Shown one piece after another: positions 1 to 14,636 of a DNA stretch of 64,000 nucleotides. A model generated the notes under the pieces. The model searched no databases. It worked only from the letters and a program-made list of their open reading frames with translations, and was not told the DNA's origin. How positions within the stretch are numbered: the first letter of the stretch is position 1; every line of letters begins with the position of its first letter. The DNA comes from Octopus vulgaris. Taxonomy: Eukaryota. The translations under genes and the position numbers were made by a program. The DNA lies in contig OX597821.1 in assembly GCA_951406725.2 (NCBI GenBank), positions 12,338,001 through 12,402,000 on the forward strand, written 5' to 3'.

Positions 1-45
1 TGTTGTTCAGCAACTTTTAGATTGTCACACTCATACAAACAATGA

Positions 46-52
46 CACACAC

Positions 53-125
<73 letters not shown>

Positions 126-152
126 GACAGACAGACAGACACACACACACAC
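46..152. repeat. (CA)n/(CAGA)n microsatellite
   Basis: Direct tandem ACAC... then AGAC repeats. Confidence 0.95.
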
Positions 153-802
153 AAGCATAAACTCCCTTATGAGAGAGAGCATGTATATTTTTCTGATTAG
201 CGGCTGAATTGCAGCAGTCTAAGATAAATAAATACCACTCAATAACATCCCTTTGAACATCCATCTACCCAACCTTCCATTTTCCAGCCCTTTATTTCTG
301 GGAAAGTCGAAGGATTATAGTCCCCAATGTCCTCCAAGAAACAACCATTATTAGGATTTCAAAATAGATTTCCAAGCACGGCCAAATGAGACGATGGCTG
401 GTATCAAACTACCTCGTGTTTGGTCTAACCCTAGATTCCTGAATGGTTGGCTTGGTTTGAAAAATTTGTGATAAGATATTTTTTGTGACATTTTGATCAC
501 ATATCCGTAGCACTGGATCTGTGACCCCTCGATATGAAATAGGGTTTTTCGAGCTGGAAAGACTCCTTTATCTCCGAGTTATGTACACATCGGAGTAATG
601 TTACTCAAGGATCCTCACGAGAAACATCATGCGACTGATTGTATTCGAGATCGTTTTAATTCCGTCAAGACCATTGGTGTGGACAGGCATGTAAACTGAA
701 ATGAAGATAGTGAGTTTGGCTCTTTTAGCAACCTCTCCTCTCTTGAGACTCGAACGATATCTTGAAGCCGACGCTTTATCATATGTATGTATATGTGTGT
801 GT

Positions 803-1186
803 GCAGGAGTGGCTGTGTGGTAAGTAGCTTGCTAACCAACCACATGGTTCCGGGTTCAGTCCCACTGCGTGGCATCTTGGGCAAGTGTCTTCTGCTATAG
901 CCCCGGGCCGACCAATGCCTTGTGAGTGGATTTGGTAGACGAAAACTGAAAGAAAGAAGCCTGTCGTATATATGTATATATATGTGTTATTGTGTGTGTT
1001 TGTATGTCTGTGTTTGTCCCCCTAGCATTGCTTGACAACCGATGCTGGTGTGTTTACGTCCCGTCATTAGCGGTTCGGCAAAAAAGACGGATAGAATAAG
1101 TACTGGGCTTACAGAGAATAAGTCCTGGCGTCGATTTGCTCGACTAAAGGCGGTGCTCCAGCATGGCCGCAGTCAAATCACTGAAA
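803..1186 (+). mobile_element. tRNA-derived SINE, family A (octopus-type)
   Basis: Head GCAGGAGTGGCTGTGTGG (A-box-like) ... GGTTCAGTCCC (B-box-like), internal (TA)/(TG) tract, conserved tail ...GGCGGTGCTCCAGCATGGCCGCAGTC; about 10 copies in the window. Confidence 0.85.
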
Positions 1187-2194
1187 TATGTATGTATGTA
1201 TGTGTCTTGTATGTGTGTGCGTGCATGTAGTATGTATGCATGTATGATTTTATGTATGAATATTTATGTGGAGGTGTGTGGCTTAGTTTTTAATGTGTTG
1301 AGTTCGTGACCGTAAGATTGTGATTTCGATTCCTGGAGTGACGACACATTTCGCTAAACAGTTCGTTTCAGTTTGCCGTGTTTCAGTAAGCTTGGAATAA
1401 TGATGAACTATACAATGGTTACACATCGACATTTCTAGCATATTGCTATTTATTTCCATCAAGGATCGATTTTCGGAAGCTCTTACTGAACAGAAACACG
1501 TGCTATAACTGCTACGTCTGACAACAAAGATTTCCATAGTTTCTTATAAATGGCTTCTGATAATTCTCACTCAGAAACAAAGAAAACTAGGAGTTTATAT
1601 GACTCGGGAAAAATCTTTCTCCTTGTTTATGTATATGCATACGTGGTTGCATTGTTGCTAGGTGTATTATCATCCGTTGTATCACTGAGCACTTGACATA
1701 GACACGTTTAGCAAATTTTATCATCGAAAATCTTGGTGCACGCCAGAAGATATATCACAAGAGACCCTTTCACAGGTTCATTTAAATGACAGAAGAAATG
1801 AACACGAAACAAGTTATTATTGCAGTGAAAACAAATTGATGCACTATGTTTTGAAGTTTCGACGTATTTGGAGCAGAAAAGAAATTATTTTTACGTAATT
1901 AAAGGAGGTAAATATTGGAAATCTATAATATCAGGGTTTGTATCTAAAATATTCCGATAAAAGCAGATACAATATCAAGTTCAAATAAAGCAAATGGTCG
2001 AGTCAAGACAATAAAGCCAACACAGACAAAGCAACTAGAAATATTTCTATTAGAAATAAATCTATGCTCATAGTAGGAGACCAAATTTTTCATGTTCATG
2101 TTTTTTCCCATTGATTTTAATCTTTTCGAATTCTGTTTGAATCACTGCGAGAAATAAATAAATTGTATCATTGTATTATTATTATTATTATGAA

Positions 2195-2420
2195 GTCACA
2201 TGGCCTTGTGTTTGGGGTGTTGCACACATGATCGCAAGACGGTGTTTTGAATTCCTAGACCACGCTGTGCGTTGTGTTCTTTAGAAAACATTGCATCTCA
2301 CGTTACTTTGCGATCACTTCGACACCTGATGCGTGGTACACCGTCCACCTGTCCAAGCAATGATTATTTGACGGAGGAAGTGAGCTAATATATGGCGCAT
2401 ACATTAGATCACCCGAGGCG
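2195..2420 (+). mobile_element. degenerate tRNA-derived SINE related to family C
   Basis: CATGGCCTTGTG...GATCGCAAGAC...TTTGAATTCCTAGACC resembles the head of the copies at 49642 and 50690. Confidence 0.5.
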
Positions 2421-2639
2421 GTATACACATTCTATAAGAAGAAAATTAGGCTTTGACATGAGGATCACATCGCACAAGAAGTAGAACGTATCGTCCGATC
2501 TTAGTCTCCAAATGAAAGGCCACAGTTGTTCACTCGTCTAACATATATATTTAACACCTGTACTTTCCAAATTAAAACTTTGTGTGGAACTTTCAATCAG
2601 CAAGATGCGGCAAAACCTTAGTACATATTAATTTTTCGT

Positions 2640-2820
2640 AAGCACGCTAGATAAGCGCCTGGTGGAATTTTGTCGGCTTTACGTTCTGAGTTCAAATTCC
2701 GATGAGATTGACTTTACTTTCGATCCTTTCGGGGTCAATAAAAAAGTACCAGTTGAAGACTGGAGTCATCAACCATCTCCCACCCCAGAATTTTCTGGCT
2801 CTGTGCCAAAATTTGAAGCA
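2640..2820 (+). mobile_element. SINE family B (Meta-domain-like core), degenerate
   Basis: TTACGTTCTGAGTTCAAATTCC...ATCCTTTCGGGGTCAATAAA...AGTACCAG shared with 58135. Confidence 0.75.
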
Positions 2821-4764
2821 ATTATTATTATTGTTGGTGTTTTAGCAATCCATTAGTTACCGCTTTTGAAATTTCAACAGATTTATTTTCCTTTCAGGCA
2901 TAAGAGGCTGGACCACGAAAGGAAAGTGAAAACGCGAAAGTATAGTTTCTTACAAGCCAATGCAGTTAGAATTGTGCAGTGAAGTCACAAAAAGCTTCGA
3001 TCTGTCTGCTGAATCGCTAGATTTGTGTTTAAAGGAATTTCAGATTCTTTTCTTTTTTAATTTTGCCGTTTCTCGGCAATGAATTTTTATATTCAACTGA
3101 GACAATACAGTACCTTTTTATTGTTTCGAGTATGAGGTAATAAATTACCACTCTATGTATGTTTATTAGAGAATTGTTAGCGCACCAGTTATATTACTAC
3201 AGTGTGTGTTCTGGTATGTTACCCTTGAATTCTTGGGTTACGGACCTCACCGATTACCAAATCTCACTCTGTTACAAACAGAAGTCACTGTTGCTAGGTT
3301 GCTAGGATAAACTTCTCACTTCTTGCTTGTCTCGGAGGCATTAAAAAATTAAATTCTTGCGTCTATATTCCTTTCTCCGATTATAAAATGTTATAAAATG
3401 CCTCGGGAGTTTCTTCTGAAAAAGAATTTAAAGATCGACGCGGAAATAAAAGATTTCTCGTATTTGATTCCGTGAAAAAGCTGAAAGAGCAAAATTCTAA
3501 ATGAAAAATAAACTGCAGGTTGCCTGCACCTGAGGAACATCCAGAAGTTTATAAAAATGCAGTTAATACAAGGAAAGGAAAAAAATTGACGATATTTCGG
3601 GTCATAGGATTTTTTATTGAGAGAAGGATACTCATAAGATTCTAGTGAAATATAGTCGTAATATATCCCAAATACTACGGTAAATTCTTTTTATTCTTCA
3701 CTTTCTGCATTCATTTAAGCAGCAAGCTATTCTCACCACTTTCGTGCAGTTTAGCCCTCGGTCAATTCTCATTAGGCAGATATAAAATCACAGGCGTTCC
3801 ATACGTGATCATTTACTATAGAACAGAAATAGATTATCCTGCCCTTTAAATAAAAGGAAAAACAAAAGTTGCGTTGTGTTTAAGAGTAGCTATATCAGAC
3901 AAATCAATTTTCTGCGTTCAAATGCATTCATTGACTTGTTTTGGACTATACTATTCTTGATGTAGTAACTCTTAATGAAAACAACAATTATTCTGCCCAT
4001 TAGTATTCACATTCTTATTGGATATATACCTCTTTAAGTAAACCTCGTAGCGCATGCTGAATACATAAACGCACAACGTTTGAAATATTTGCTCCTGTAT
4101 AATCTATTTGCTTCTGAAGACATCGAAAAAGATGATGTGTTTGAAGTCAGGGACATATTATTACCAAATCGGAAACATTTTATTTCCATAATGTTCCATC
4201 TACAAAAGCGAGGAATAAGCATTTAATCCGCCATCATTTACCATAGTCGTTTTAACACTTGCATTGACATATTCTGTGTTTTCTTGCTGCTCCCATATAT
4301 TTTCACTATCCACAACTCTTTCTCTACACCCTTCATTGCTCTGTCTTTTGAGTACACACACACACATATAAATACATACATAAATACATATTCACAATTC
4401 TAGTCAGGAATGTAGTCACAAGAAAAATGCATTTACGTGTGCTTGCGTGTTTATGTAGAGATTGTGTGTTTTGCTATGTTATGGTGCTTGTGTGTGTGTA
4501 TGTGTGAGGTGTGTGTGTCAATGTATTTTCATTCGCGACCACTTTCCTTTCGCCGTCTTTCCTTCCGCTCTTTCTTTCCATTCTCTTTCATGCTATCACC
4601 CTAGCAAATAAACATAACATTAAAGTGTTAAAACACACATGGGGAAATTTCCTGATGATGGATGATCATTCTAAGCAGATTAATATAAGCAGGTTAACAG
4701 GCATTTATACGTAAAGAAATTTACACAGCCATATTACATTATGCTTAGTTTCATAGGAATGGTG

Positions 4765-4798
<34 letters not shown>

Positions 4799-5564
4799 TA
4801 TGCACATATTCATACATATATATTATAATGTTAATAATTAAAAAATTTTTCGACTTTCAATAGGTCTCAAAGGAATTTATATAGAGAAGCTTGCATTTAT
4901 GTTTTGCTTACGGGGATGATAGGGCAACAATAAGGCGATAGAAAAATGATATTCAGTAGTGGTGAGAAAAAAGGCAAAATTTCTCAAATAGAAATAACAG
5001 ATTTACCCTTGTTTCTGTAACTTCGTTAGGATTATCGAAAAGTGTTGATGAACCCATTCAATAACGAAGTGACTTGTATTAGCATTTTGTCTAGAAAACA
5101 GAATGGGAAATCGATTGTGCAGTTACTGTATATCTTTGGATGGTTAACCTGCACGAGTTAATCAAGAACAAAACAGGAAAGAAAGGAAGACGTCAGAATT
5201 GGCTATCTCTTGAGTTCAGTAAAACATTCAATATTTGGTACTCTAAATGGAAGATGCTTGTAGGAAGTACATTATCGTTTGTTTTCGCTACATGGATAAC
5301 ACTTTATAATTGGCAAGATAAATCTTATATAGTTTTCAAGGATTTCTGTGAGGCAGACAGAGCATAGAGATAAGGCTAACGTTATTTCTGTTGGACGTTC
5401 GGGAAAGATATTTGTCATAAAGTATGTCTGAAACGTCATTCTCTTTCGAGTAACATTCGCCATTTACTTGTCGCCATTTTCTACATGATTTAATAGAAAG
5501 CAAATATTTTAGGGAATATTTCATTGCTCTCCTCTACCTGTGTTTTTTTTTAAAATTTCTACAA

Positions 5565-5842
5565 GGTATTTCCTAATTTGACCCTATTTGCCAATCATCG
5601 TTTCCTCAAAATGTAAAAGATAACACATGGCTGGGAATCAGTATCACAGTGATGGTAACATCATATATGCTGTTGATGTCTTTTTGAACCAATAAGAAGC
5701 AAGCTTTTTCAGCAATAGAATCCAAACACTGCAACAAAAATGGAAGACGTTTGTGGGCTGCATGTATGCCTATGTTGAAAAATATACCTCATTCCATGGG
5801 AATATCTTGGTCAGGCAATGAAGTTTTAGGCCGACCCGCGTA
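5565..5842 (+). mobile_element. 3' fragment of a degenerate mariner transposon
   Basis: Decayed transposase C-terminus (..HMAGNQYHSD..FLNQ..IQTLQQKWK..YVEK) followed by a terminal-repeat-like GGTCAGGCAATGAAGTTTTAGGCCGACCCGCGTA. Confidence 0.55.
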
Positions 5843-5936
5843 AATACCTAAGCTATTGAAGAAATTATTAGGCTCAGAAATATCAAAACTATTCATTTTT
5901 GTAAAGCTCTTACTTAGCGTTATATAATACATGTAT

Positions 5937-7199
5937 ATATGATTGGCAGCTAAGTTCTCGCCGTTTTTTAAATTTTGGAATCTATTTTCTTTTGAGAATT
6001 CTATTTTTGAATAATTTTGGAATCTATTTTTTCTAGTTAATTTTAGTTAATTTTTGTTTATTTTCAGATCATTAAAATGGAATGTCAAGTTAAGAAAAAC
6101 GAGTTTTTTCGACACCTCCTTCTTTGTGCTTTTAATCAAGGTTCTAAGGCCGCAAAATCTGCTTGCGAGATTTGTGCTGTGTATGGAGAGGGTGCCATAC
6201 CTGAAAAAACGCTCGTGATTAATATGCCAAGTTCAAAAGGGGGAATTTTGGCCTCAAGGACACACCTCGTTCTGGCTGCCCAGTTGTGTTCGATGAAGAG
6301 CGATTAAACCAACTTTTGCCCGAAAATTCTCGTCAAACAACAAGGGAACTGGCACAGACTATGGAATACTCTCACACTTCTATAGAGAAGCATCTTCACT
6401 TGAGTGGAAAGTCTCAGAAGTATGGTGCATGGATTCTGCATGGTTTAAGTAACAAGAAAAATCAACGAGCCACAATCTCGCTGGTTTGCTAGCTCTGTCA
6501 CCGCTTAGCTCATGGACACAAGCAACGATTTTTTTACCGAATCGTTACTGGCGACATAAAATGGTGCCGGTGCATCAATATGAAGCAGCGTAAGGAATGG
6601 CTTAGCCCCAGTAAACAAGCGATACCCCGCTTGAAACAAGATCTAAATCCGCGTAAAATGATGTTGTACGTATGGTGCGGCTGGGAAGGGATTGCACATT
6701 AGGAATTGCTTGAACGGAACCAAACGGTCAATGCGGAACTATATGTTCAACAGATGGAACGACTCAACACGGCTATACAAGAGAAAAGACCTAATCGTCA
6801 GCATGGAGTTCTTCTGCTGCACGATAACGCCCGCCATCATGTCGCCAATATGACCAAGGAAGTCTTTCAAACGCATGGCTGAGAAGTGCTGCCACACCTG
6901 CTGTACTGTCCTGATGTGGCACCAAAGGATTTCCACCTCTTTCGAATTCATTCAAATGCTATGCGCAGAGCTTCGTTCAATACTGATGCAGAATTGAGAG
7001 TTTGGTTGGATCAATTTTTCGAGTCGAAATCGGGCGGATGATTTCTACAAGCAGGTATTGAAAATCTTGTTCAACGGTGGGAAGTTGTAAAAAAAGGGTG
7101 AATACATTATTGATTAATTAGTTGTTATTTTTTAATAAACCGTTTAAAAATTTTAAATTAAAAAAAAAAAACGGCGGGAACTCAGTGGCCAACGTAATA
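5937..7199 (+). mobile_element. mariner (Tc1/mariner, DD34D) DNA transposon, near full length, inactive
   Basis: About 30-bp imperfect TIRs (GATTGGCAGCTAAGTTCTCGCCGTTTT / AAAACGGCGGGAACTCAGTGGCCAACGTAA), TA ends, about 1.26 kb, transposase inside. Confidence 0.93.
6077..7117 (+). pseudogene. mariner transposase pseudogene
   Basis: HTH start MECQVKKNEFFRHLLL, RQTTRELA, GAWILHGL (WVPHEL-like), IVTGDIKW, LLHDNAR, CPDVAPKDFHLF; several frameshifts and stops. Confidence 0.92.
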
Positions 7200-7606
7200 T
7201 ATAGACTTCCGTTTGGTTCGGTAATATTTTCGTGTTTAAAATTAAACCTATCTGAATGAATACACAAAACACGCGCAGACTATTGATTATCATTATGATT
7301 ATTACGAAATGCTTAGCGGTATTTCACCCATCGCTACGTTCTGAGTTCAATTTCCGCCGAGGTTCAGCCATCCTTTCCATAGGTCCTACTTTCAGTCCTG
7401 ATGTGTTTCTAGCAACCCTGCCCACTAAAAAGCATCGCACCAGAAACGGCTTAGTCACCGGCGACCCAACCATGAATCAAATTGTAATGGATCACATGCC
7501 AGCCGAACCTCTCACGAGAGACTTCAGAAGTGACATGATGTTTATGTGTATCTGCTGGTGTTTGAGCATGTATGTGTCTGTATGTGTGCGTGTGAGCATT
7601 TATATA

Positions 7607-7657
<51 letters not shown>

Positions 7658-7908
7658 GTGTGTGTGTGTGTGTGTGTCTGTATGTGTGTGTGCAGTGATA
7701 TATATGTGTGTGTATATATATATATATATATTATATATTTTTGATCGACTGAGAATGAAAATGATTCAGGGACCGAGGGACTGTTAAGCACCATACACGA
7801 AAATTATTGTTCGGGATTCATTTTACAACTTGGTATGTACGTATTATATGCGTCTTTTAGAAAAATATTATCGTGATAGAAAATATAAAATCAAGAAAAC
7901 ACGTAGAC

Positions 7909-7957
<49 letters not shown>

Positions 7958-8363
7958 ACACACATGCACGCGCACGTGCATCGACACAGGGACACACACA
8001 GAAAGAGACACGCTTATATAGATATAAAAGTAGGTACATAGGTAGTTTGAATATAGTTAGTACATGGATAGATAACTAAACTGATAGATCGATAGATAGA
8101 TAGAGAGATTGATAGACTGAAATAATAGATACCATCCATTTTAGAGTAAATATAATTAAGTAAATATAGAATTGTTAAATACATTTTTGGCGAGTAGTTC
8201 AGGTTGTTATATACATCTATACACGCATGAATACGTAATTACTAACATTCAAACCTATAAATGCACCTTCACACGCTGCATACAAGTATATATTGTGAGG
8301 ACAGGTGAATAAAAATATGGCTTGTTCATGAATATTATATATGCTATATATACATACATATAC

Positions 8364-8398
<35 letters not shown>

Positions 8399-8419
8399 CA
8401 TACATACATATATATATAA

Positions 8420-8468
<49 letters not shown>

Positions 8469-9226
8469 CATATATATATAAATATATATGCTCATGTATT
8501 ATATATGTATACATATATAGATAGATGCACGTATGCGCTTGTATGTTTGTGTATATATGTGTATATATGTATATGTGTGCTTGTGTGTGTTTTATATATT
8601 CAGGTATGAATATACATCCATACAAATCAAGCAATTCACTTCAATAGATAGTTGTTAAACAAAACGGTATTCCTCTACTTTCATTATCGAACAGAAATGA
8701 AAGCAAAATTCAGCCATTGATAACTGTTTAGTATTCATTTCAGTTAAAACATTGAATACGGTCTGAAAGCTGACTTCCGCAATCTCTTCACACAAGCAGC
8801 ACTGCAAATACTTCACAGAGAATTTGTGAATACTACAACTTATAGAGTAACGGAATTCACGTATTTGTGTCTATCAACATGTATTTATTATGCATACGTT
8901 CGCATACACGGATGCAGGCACACATTCCGGTATATTTTCGAAGCTATGAAAGCATATTCACATAATGACATTCATTCTCACACATGCATGCATATTTTCG
9001 CTCCCTTTATGTATGTATACATCTTCCAGACCCGCACATATCCCCTCGGCCTCCTCACAGAGAAGCATATATATTTGCGTGGCGTATACTGATATACACG
9101 TATACAAAATCTACCTAAACTTCTCTCTCTCATTCGCTTTCCACCTTTCTCTATCTCTGTCTTTCTTTCTCTGTGTCTGCCTATCACTCTCCCTCTCTCT
9201 CTTTCTTTTTCTCGCTGACTCCATGC

Positions 9227-9283
<57 letters not shown>

Positions 9284-9285
<2 letters not shown>

Positions 9286-9689
9286 CGTAGGAGTGGCTGT
9301 GTGGTAAGTAGCTTGCTTACGAACCACATGGTTCGGGTTCAGTCCCACTGCGTTGCACCTTGGGCAAGTGTCTTCTACTGTAGCTTCTGGTCGACCAATG
9401 CCTTGTGAGTGGATTTGGTAGACGGAAACTGAAAGAAGCCCGTCGTATATATGTATATATATATATGTTTGCGTGTATGTTTGTGTGTCTGTGTTTGTCC
9501 CCCTAGCATTGCTTGACAACCGATGGTGGTGTGTTTATGTCCCCGGCACTTAGCGGTTCGGCAAAAGAGACCGATAGAATAAGTACTGGGCTTACAAAGA
9601 ATAAGTCCCGGGGTCGAGTTGCTCGACTAAAGGCGGTGCTCCAGCATGGCCGCAGTCAAAATGACTGAAACAAGTAAAAGAGTAAAAGA

Positions 9690-9690
<1 letters not shown>
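9284..9690 (+). mobile_element. SINE family A, full length
   Basis: Near-identical to 21034-21418; flanked on both sides by (TA)n; AGTAAAAG tail. Confidence 0.9.
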
Positions 9691-9757
<67 letters not shown>

Positions 9758-10273
9758 AGATCAATAAATGGCGGGGTTGTGTTGACCGCACGTGGAGAAA
9801 TGATAAGCAAGGAAAAATTGTAAAAATGCAGAATGCTAAATTGGAAGAAAATTTTAATGAAATGAGAAGTTGATAAAATATATAAATATATATTAATTCA
9901 AACCGGTTTTCGTCATAATGTGACTTTCCAAGAATTGTAAGGTAAATTTTTTTTTAAAAGTGAGAAAGGGGGAAAAAAGAAAATTGCATTGTTTTTTGCA
10001 AAAGAATAATAATAAATATGTACAAAAATTAAAAAATAAGTACTCCGATACATTGTGAATTCTTTGTGTATGTTGAGTACACAAATATATGACTCTATTG
10101 CGATTTATATCCCAATATATTTGAGTGTCTCTCTCTACATATCAATAGGCGTCTATGTGAATGTGTGTGTGAGCCCTTGTATCAGAGAACATAACAAATT
10201 TCACGGTTGGTATTATTATCATTAGTGTCATTATTTCTATCATTATCAGTATTATTATTGCTGCTGTTCTTGT

Positions 10274-10354
10274 TTCTTCTTCTTCTTCTTCTTCTTCTTC
10301 TTCTTCTTCTTCTTCTTCTTCTTCTTCTTCTTCTTCTTCTTCTTCTTCATTGTC

Positions 10355-10416
<62 letters not shown>

Positions 10417-10445
10417 ATTATTATCATCATCATCATTATTATAAT
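10274..10445. repeat. compound (TTC)n(TTA)n microsatellite
   Basis: Direct observation. Confidence 0.95.
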
Positions 10446-10448
10446 TAA

Positions 10449-10655
10449 GGCGGAGAGCTGGCAGAATCGCTAGCAAACTGGACAAATTGCACAGCGGTAT
10501 TTCGCCTGTCGCTACGTTCTGAGTTCAAATTCTGCCGAGCACGACTTCCATCCTTTCGGGTCGTTGAATTAAGTAGCAGTAGAGTACTGGGGTCGATGTA
10601 ATCGACGTATACCCCTCCCCCACTAAACTGCTGCAATTGTGGCAAAATTTGAAAC
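10449..10655 (+). mobile_element. SINE family B
   Basis: GGCGGAGAGCTGGCAGAATCG head, GTTCTGAGTTCAAATTC B-box-like, CATCCTTTCGGGTCG core. Confidence 0.8.
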
Positions 10656-10725
10656 ATTGTGTCTATAATAGAAAGGATTATTTTTATTTGTTGTTGTTGT
10701 TGTTATTATTACTGCTATTATTAAT

Positions 10726-10935
10726 GGCGGCGAGATGGAAGACTCGTTAGCGCGCTGGACAAAATACTTAAAGCTATTTCGCCCGTCGCTACGATTTGAG
10801 TTCAAATTCCCCCAATGACGACTTTGCTTTTCATCCTTTTGGGGTCGATAAATTAAGTACCAGTGAAACACTGGTGTGACTGTAATCGACACATCCCCTC
10901 CCGCGAAAGCTGCCGCCCTTTTAGAAAGATCGAAG
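10726..10935 (+). mobile_element. SINE family B, second adjacent copy
   Basis: GGCGGCGAGATGG head, TTTCATCCTTTTGGGGTCGATAAATTAAGTACCAG core. Confidence 0.8.
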
Positions 10936-10936
10936 C

Positions 10937-10996
<60 letters not shown>

Positions 10997-11005
10997 CATT
11001 ATTAT

Positions 11006-11352
11006 TGAGTGAGCGAGCAGAGCATGCCATTGACACTGGGGTAAAATATACGAAGCCCAGTATACCCATCATGACTACCCGTCTGATAAAGGTTATCACA
11101 ACCATATGTGCGCGACATGGTGATCTATATCAAGATAAACAGCACATGACCTTGCAGGTGGAGCCCAGTTAGAATTTTCTTCAGATTAACCCATTAGGTC
11201 CCTGAATATTAAGGACGTTTATGTTTTATTATTATTATGGCTATGATCCCCCACTATCGTGATCAGAGATGCATATATCGTCAGCCACTATGCTATTAGG
11301 TTATTATTGAGCAGAATTAGCCCATCTTTTATACCAAGACAAAACAATACAT
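11006..11352. repeat. unclassified (TAA)n-embedded interspersed repeat, internally deleted copy
   Basis: Shares CCCATCATGACTACCCGTCTGATAAAGG, CCCAGTTAGAATTTTCTT and TAGCCCATCTTTT..CAAGACAAAA with 45465-45955; (TTA)n on both sides. Confidence 0.75.
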
Positions 11353-11360
11353 GATTATTA

Positions 11361-11427
<67 letters not shown>

Positions 11428-11477
11428 CAATTATTATTATTATTATTATCATTATTATTATTATTATTATTATAATT

Positions 11478-11551
<74 letters not shown>

Positions 11552-11823
11552 CATCATCATCATCATCATCGTCATTAATATTGGTATTATTATTATTATT
11601 ATTATAATTATTATCATTATTATTATCATTATTATTATTATTATTATTCTCATTATTCTATGTTTGAGTTTTGCTTTATATTTGTACAAGTTGGCTCCAA
11701 GTCTCACCCAGAGACCTCAAGAGACAACAGGTTGGAAGTTCATGTTGTTGTTATGGGGGGAGTTTTTGGTGTTGTACTAATGATTGTCTAAAAAAAAATT
11801 TTTAATTTAAAAAGAAAAAAAAA

Positions 11824-11894
<71 letters not shown>

Positions 11895-11944
11895 CATCAT
11901 CATCATCATAATCATCATCATCATCATCATTATTATCATCATTA

Positions 11945-11988
<44 letters not shown>

Positions 11989-11990
11989 GT
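11352..11990. repeat. (TTA)n/(TCA)n microsatellite blocks
   Basis: Direct observation; interrupted by 11650-11820. Confidence 0.95.
11650..11790 (-). mobile_element. probable 3' end of an R4/Dong-type LINE with (TAA)n tail
   Basis: Minus strand CTCTTGAGGTCTCTGGGTGAGACTTGGAGCC...AGAATAATGAGAATAATAAT runs into (TAA)n; Dong elements target TAA repeats. Confidence 0.45.
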
Positions 11991-12796
11991 TTCTATCATT
12001 CTTCTTCTGATAGAGGTATTTTTGGCGCAATTATCGATGCCAAATTCCCTCCTAATGCCATCACTAAACTGTTGAACAGTTACAAGTAAGCCTTGTAGTT
12101 GTTGGGAAATTTCTTTTCGAAGCTTCCAGACGGTGAGACTTTATGTGGAATCATACGGACAGGAGGCAACTTCGTATCAACACGAAGCACGTTTGTGTAT
12201 ATTCCACTATGGAAAGGTCTTCGCAGCAGTACATTTATAGGGAGTGGTATTCTTCCTATAGGATGAGTTTGTATAAGTACATTGCGTCATTGAGTCAGGT
12301 TAAAAAGCATTTCATCAGCAATGGACACTGGATCTGAGGTTCAAATCCTATTACGTGACGTCTAATGTGGTATCCATAACTCAAATAAATGTTCTTCACA
12401 CCTATTGTCTATTATCACAATTTCATTCTCGTGTCAATTTTTGCAGCGACGACCTCTACACCTCTATTTAATTGTCCACGTCTATAGTTCATCCAATGCT
12501 ATATCGTGTACCTCCAGTGTATTATACGAGAATATCTACTAGTTGGAAAAAAAGAGCAAAATATCGAATCACCAAACAAGTAGCAACATTTTCATCTGAA
12601 GAGGTGCTACAGAGATGAAATATTACGAAAACATCAAATAATACCATGAGATACCTTGTGAATAATACTCTATGTGCGTTTTAAATGTGAGTATTATATT
12701 CATACTGAACACTGGTTTCATTCGAAAAACCGCCTTCACTTGATTCGCTGAACATTTGAGCATCTTCAGTGATGACATTGAGAAGTAGGAGTGTGT

Positions 12797-13149
12797 TACT
12801 CTTTACTCTTTTACTTGTCTCAGTCATTTGACTATGGCCATGCTGGAGCACCGCGTTTAGTCGAGCAAGTCGACCGCAGGAATTATTCTTTGTAAGCCTA
12901 GTACTTATTCTATTGGTCTCTTTTGTTGAACCGCTAGTTTGTCAAGCGATGTTATATATATATATATATATGGGGGGTTGTTTGTGTGTCCGTGTTATAT
13001 ATATATATATATAACCAAATCTGCTCACAAGGCTTTGGTCGGCCCGAGGCTATAATACAAAACATTTTCCCCAAGGTGCCACGCAGTGGGACTGAACCCG
13101 GAACCGTATGGTTGGTAAGCAAGCTACTTACCACACAGCCACTCCTGCG
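12797..13149 (-). mobile_element. SINE family A with internal deletion
   Basis: Reverse complement of family A head (ACCACACAGCCACTCCTGCG) and tail (TACTCTTTTACTTG). Confidence 0.85.
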
Positions 13150-13266
13150 ACTATTGATTTGCTTAATTTGCAAATAGCTATTTTGTGTTGCGTGTAAGTG
13201 AATATGTATGCGAGAGAAATAGAAAAGGGGAGAGATATAAAAAGAGGTATATATAAATATATATAT

Positions 13267-13570
13267 CACCGTGACCGACCACGATATCAGATGTTGCTAC
13301 ACATCGCTGGTCACAATGCGCTTCGCATTGTTTTAGCCTTCAAATGAAACCACCCCGCTGGCTAAGCGAGCAGGCTAACAGATGAATGAGTGAGAGAAAG
13401 TTGTAGCGAAAGAGTACAGCAGCGATCGCCACCACCCTCTGCCGGAGCCTCGTGGAGGTTTAGGTGTTTTCGCTCAATAAACACACACAACGCCCGGTCT
13501 GGTAATCGAAACCGCGATCCTACAACCGCGAGTCCGCTGCCCTAACCACTGGGCCATTGCACCTCCTCCA
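13267..13570 (-). mobile_element. SINE family C (tRNA-Arg-like head)
   Basis: Minus strand GGTGCAATGGCCCAGTGGTTAGGGCAGCGGACTCGCGG...GGTTTCGATTACC; anticodon-like CTCGC; shared with 43073 and 49642. Confidence 0.85.
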
Positions 13571-13591
13571 CACACACACACACACACACAC

Positions 13592-13657
<66 letters not shown>

Positions 13658-14589
13658 GTATGTATGTATGTAAGTATATATGTATGTATGTGTGTATCTA
13701 TCGTGCTATGTTTCACTATATCTATATACAGAGAGAGAGATAGAGAGAGAGAGAGAACATATATACATACACACACTCACACATTCATACACAGTTTACA
13801 GAGAAACGGAAAGCAACATTATTAGAAAGAATGCTGTCGTGACCTTGATAGATCGACGCGCACAAATGTGTAAAAACACTTCATGTCAGCTAAAATACAA
13901 GCAAACAATAACACACACACATAAGCTCGTACGTACGAATACGTGTGTGAGTAACTGTGGTGTATATATGTTTGCACGTATGTATCAACACACACATATA
14001 TATATATATATATCATTTATATGTGTAATATTTATTTTCCTATGTATCAGCTTCCAAACTAATCAGGTAATGGATTCATTTTCTTATTTTAGGAAGAGAC
14101 TAATCCACTTTCCGAGATTCCTACCTTAACAACGTTACTGATGTTACGGATTTCATTGTAGAGAGCGGTGGTTCAAACCTGTTATGTTCACCTCTATTTT
14201 TATTTGACTGAGGTGATTATCAATAAAGCTTTATTTTTAACCCTTTGAACTGTTCAATATATTTTGAAGGAGTGCAAGCCAAATCATAGTTATTTTGAAA
14301 CCAACAAAATGTATTATTTCAACTTGAAATCTGTATATTCAATACAAAAGATCTCGGCCCTTTAAACCTTAAAAGCAATGTTATAACTTGAAATGGAATT
14401 CTATTAGTTTGACATAGAGTACAAAATACATTAGAAATATTGTAACGCCTTGAGTTTAAGAACTCTAAGCATTTTTTGTGTATATATATATGTATATACA
14501 TACATATATATATATATATGTGTGTGTGTGTGTACATACATATATATATATATATATATATGTTTGTATGTGCGTGTATGAATATAAAA

Positions 14590-14636
<47 letters not shown>

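Noticed and set aside
12590-12775. Two opposing CTGAAGA motifs; minus strand CTGAAGA-T-GCT..AGC-GAAT
   Set aside because: GAAA is broken and no helix III or helix I can be formed; at best a very decayed hammerhead
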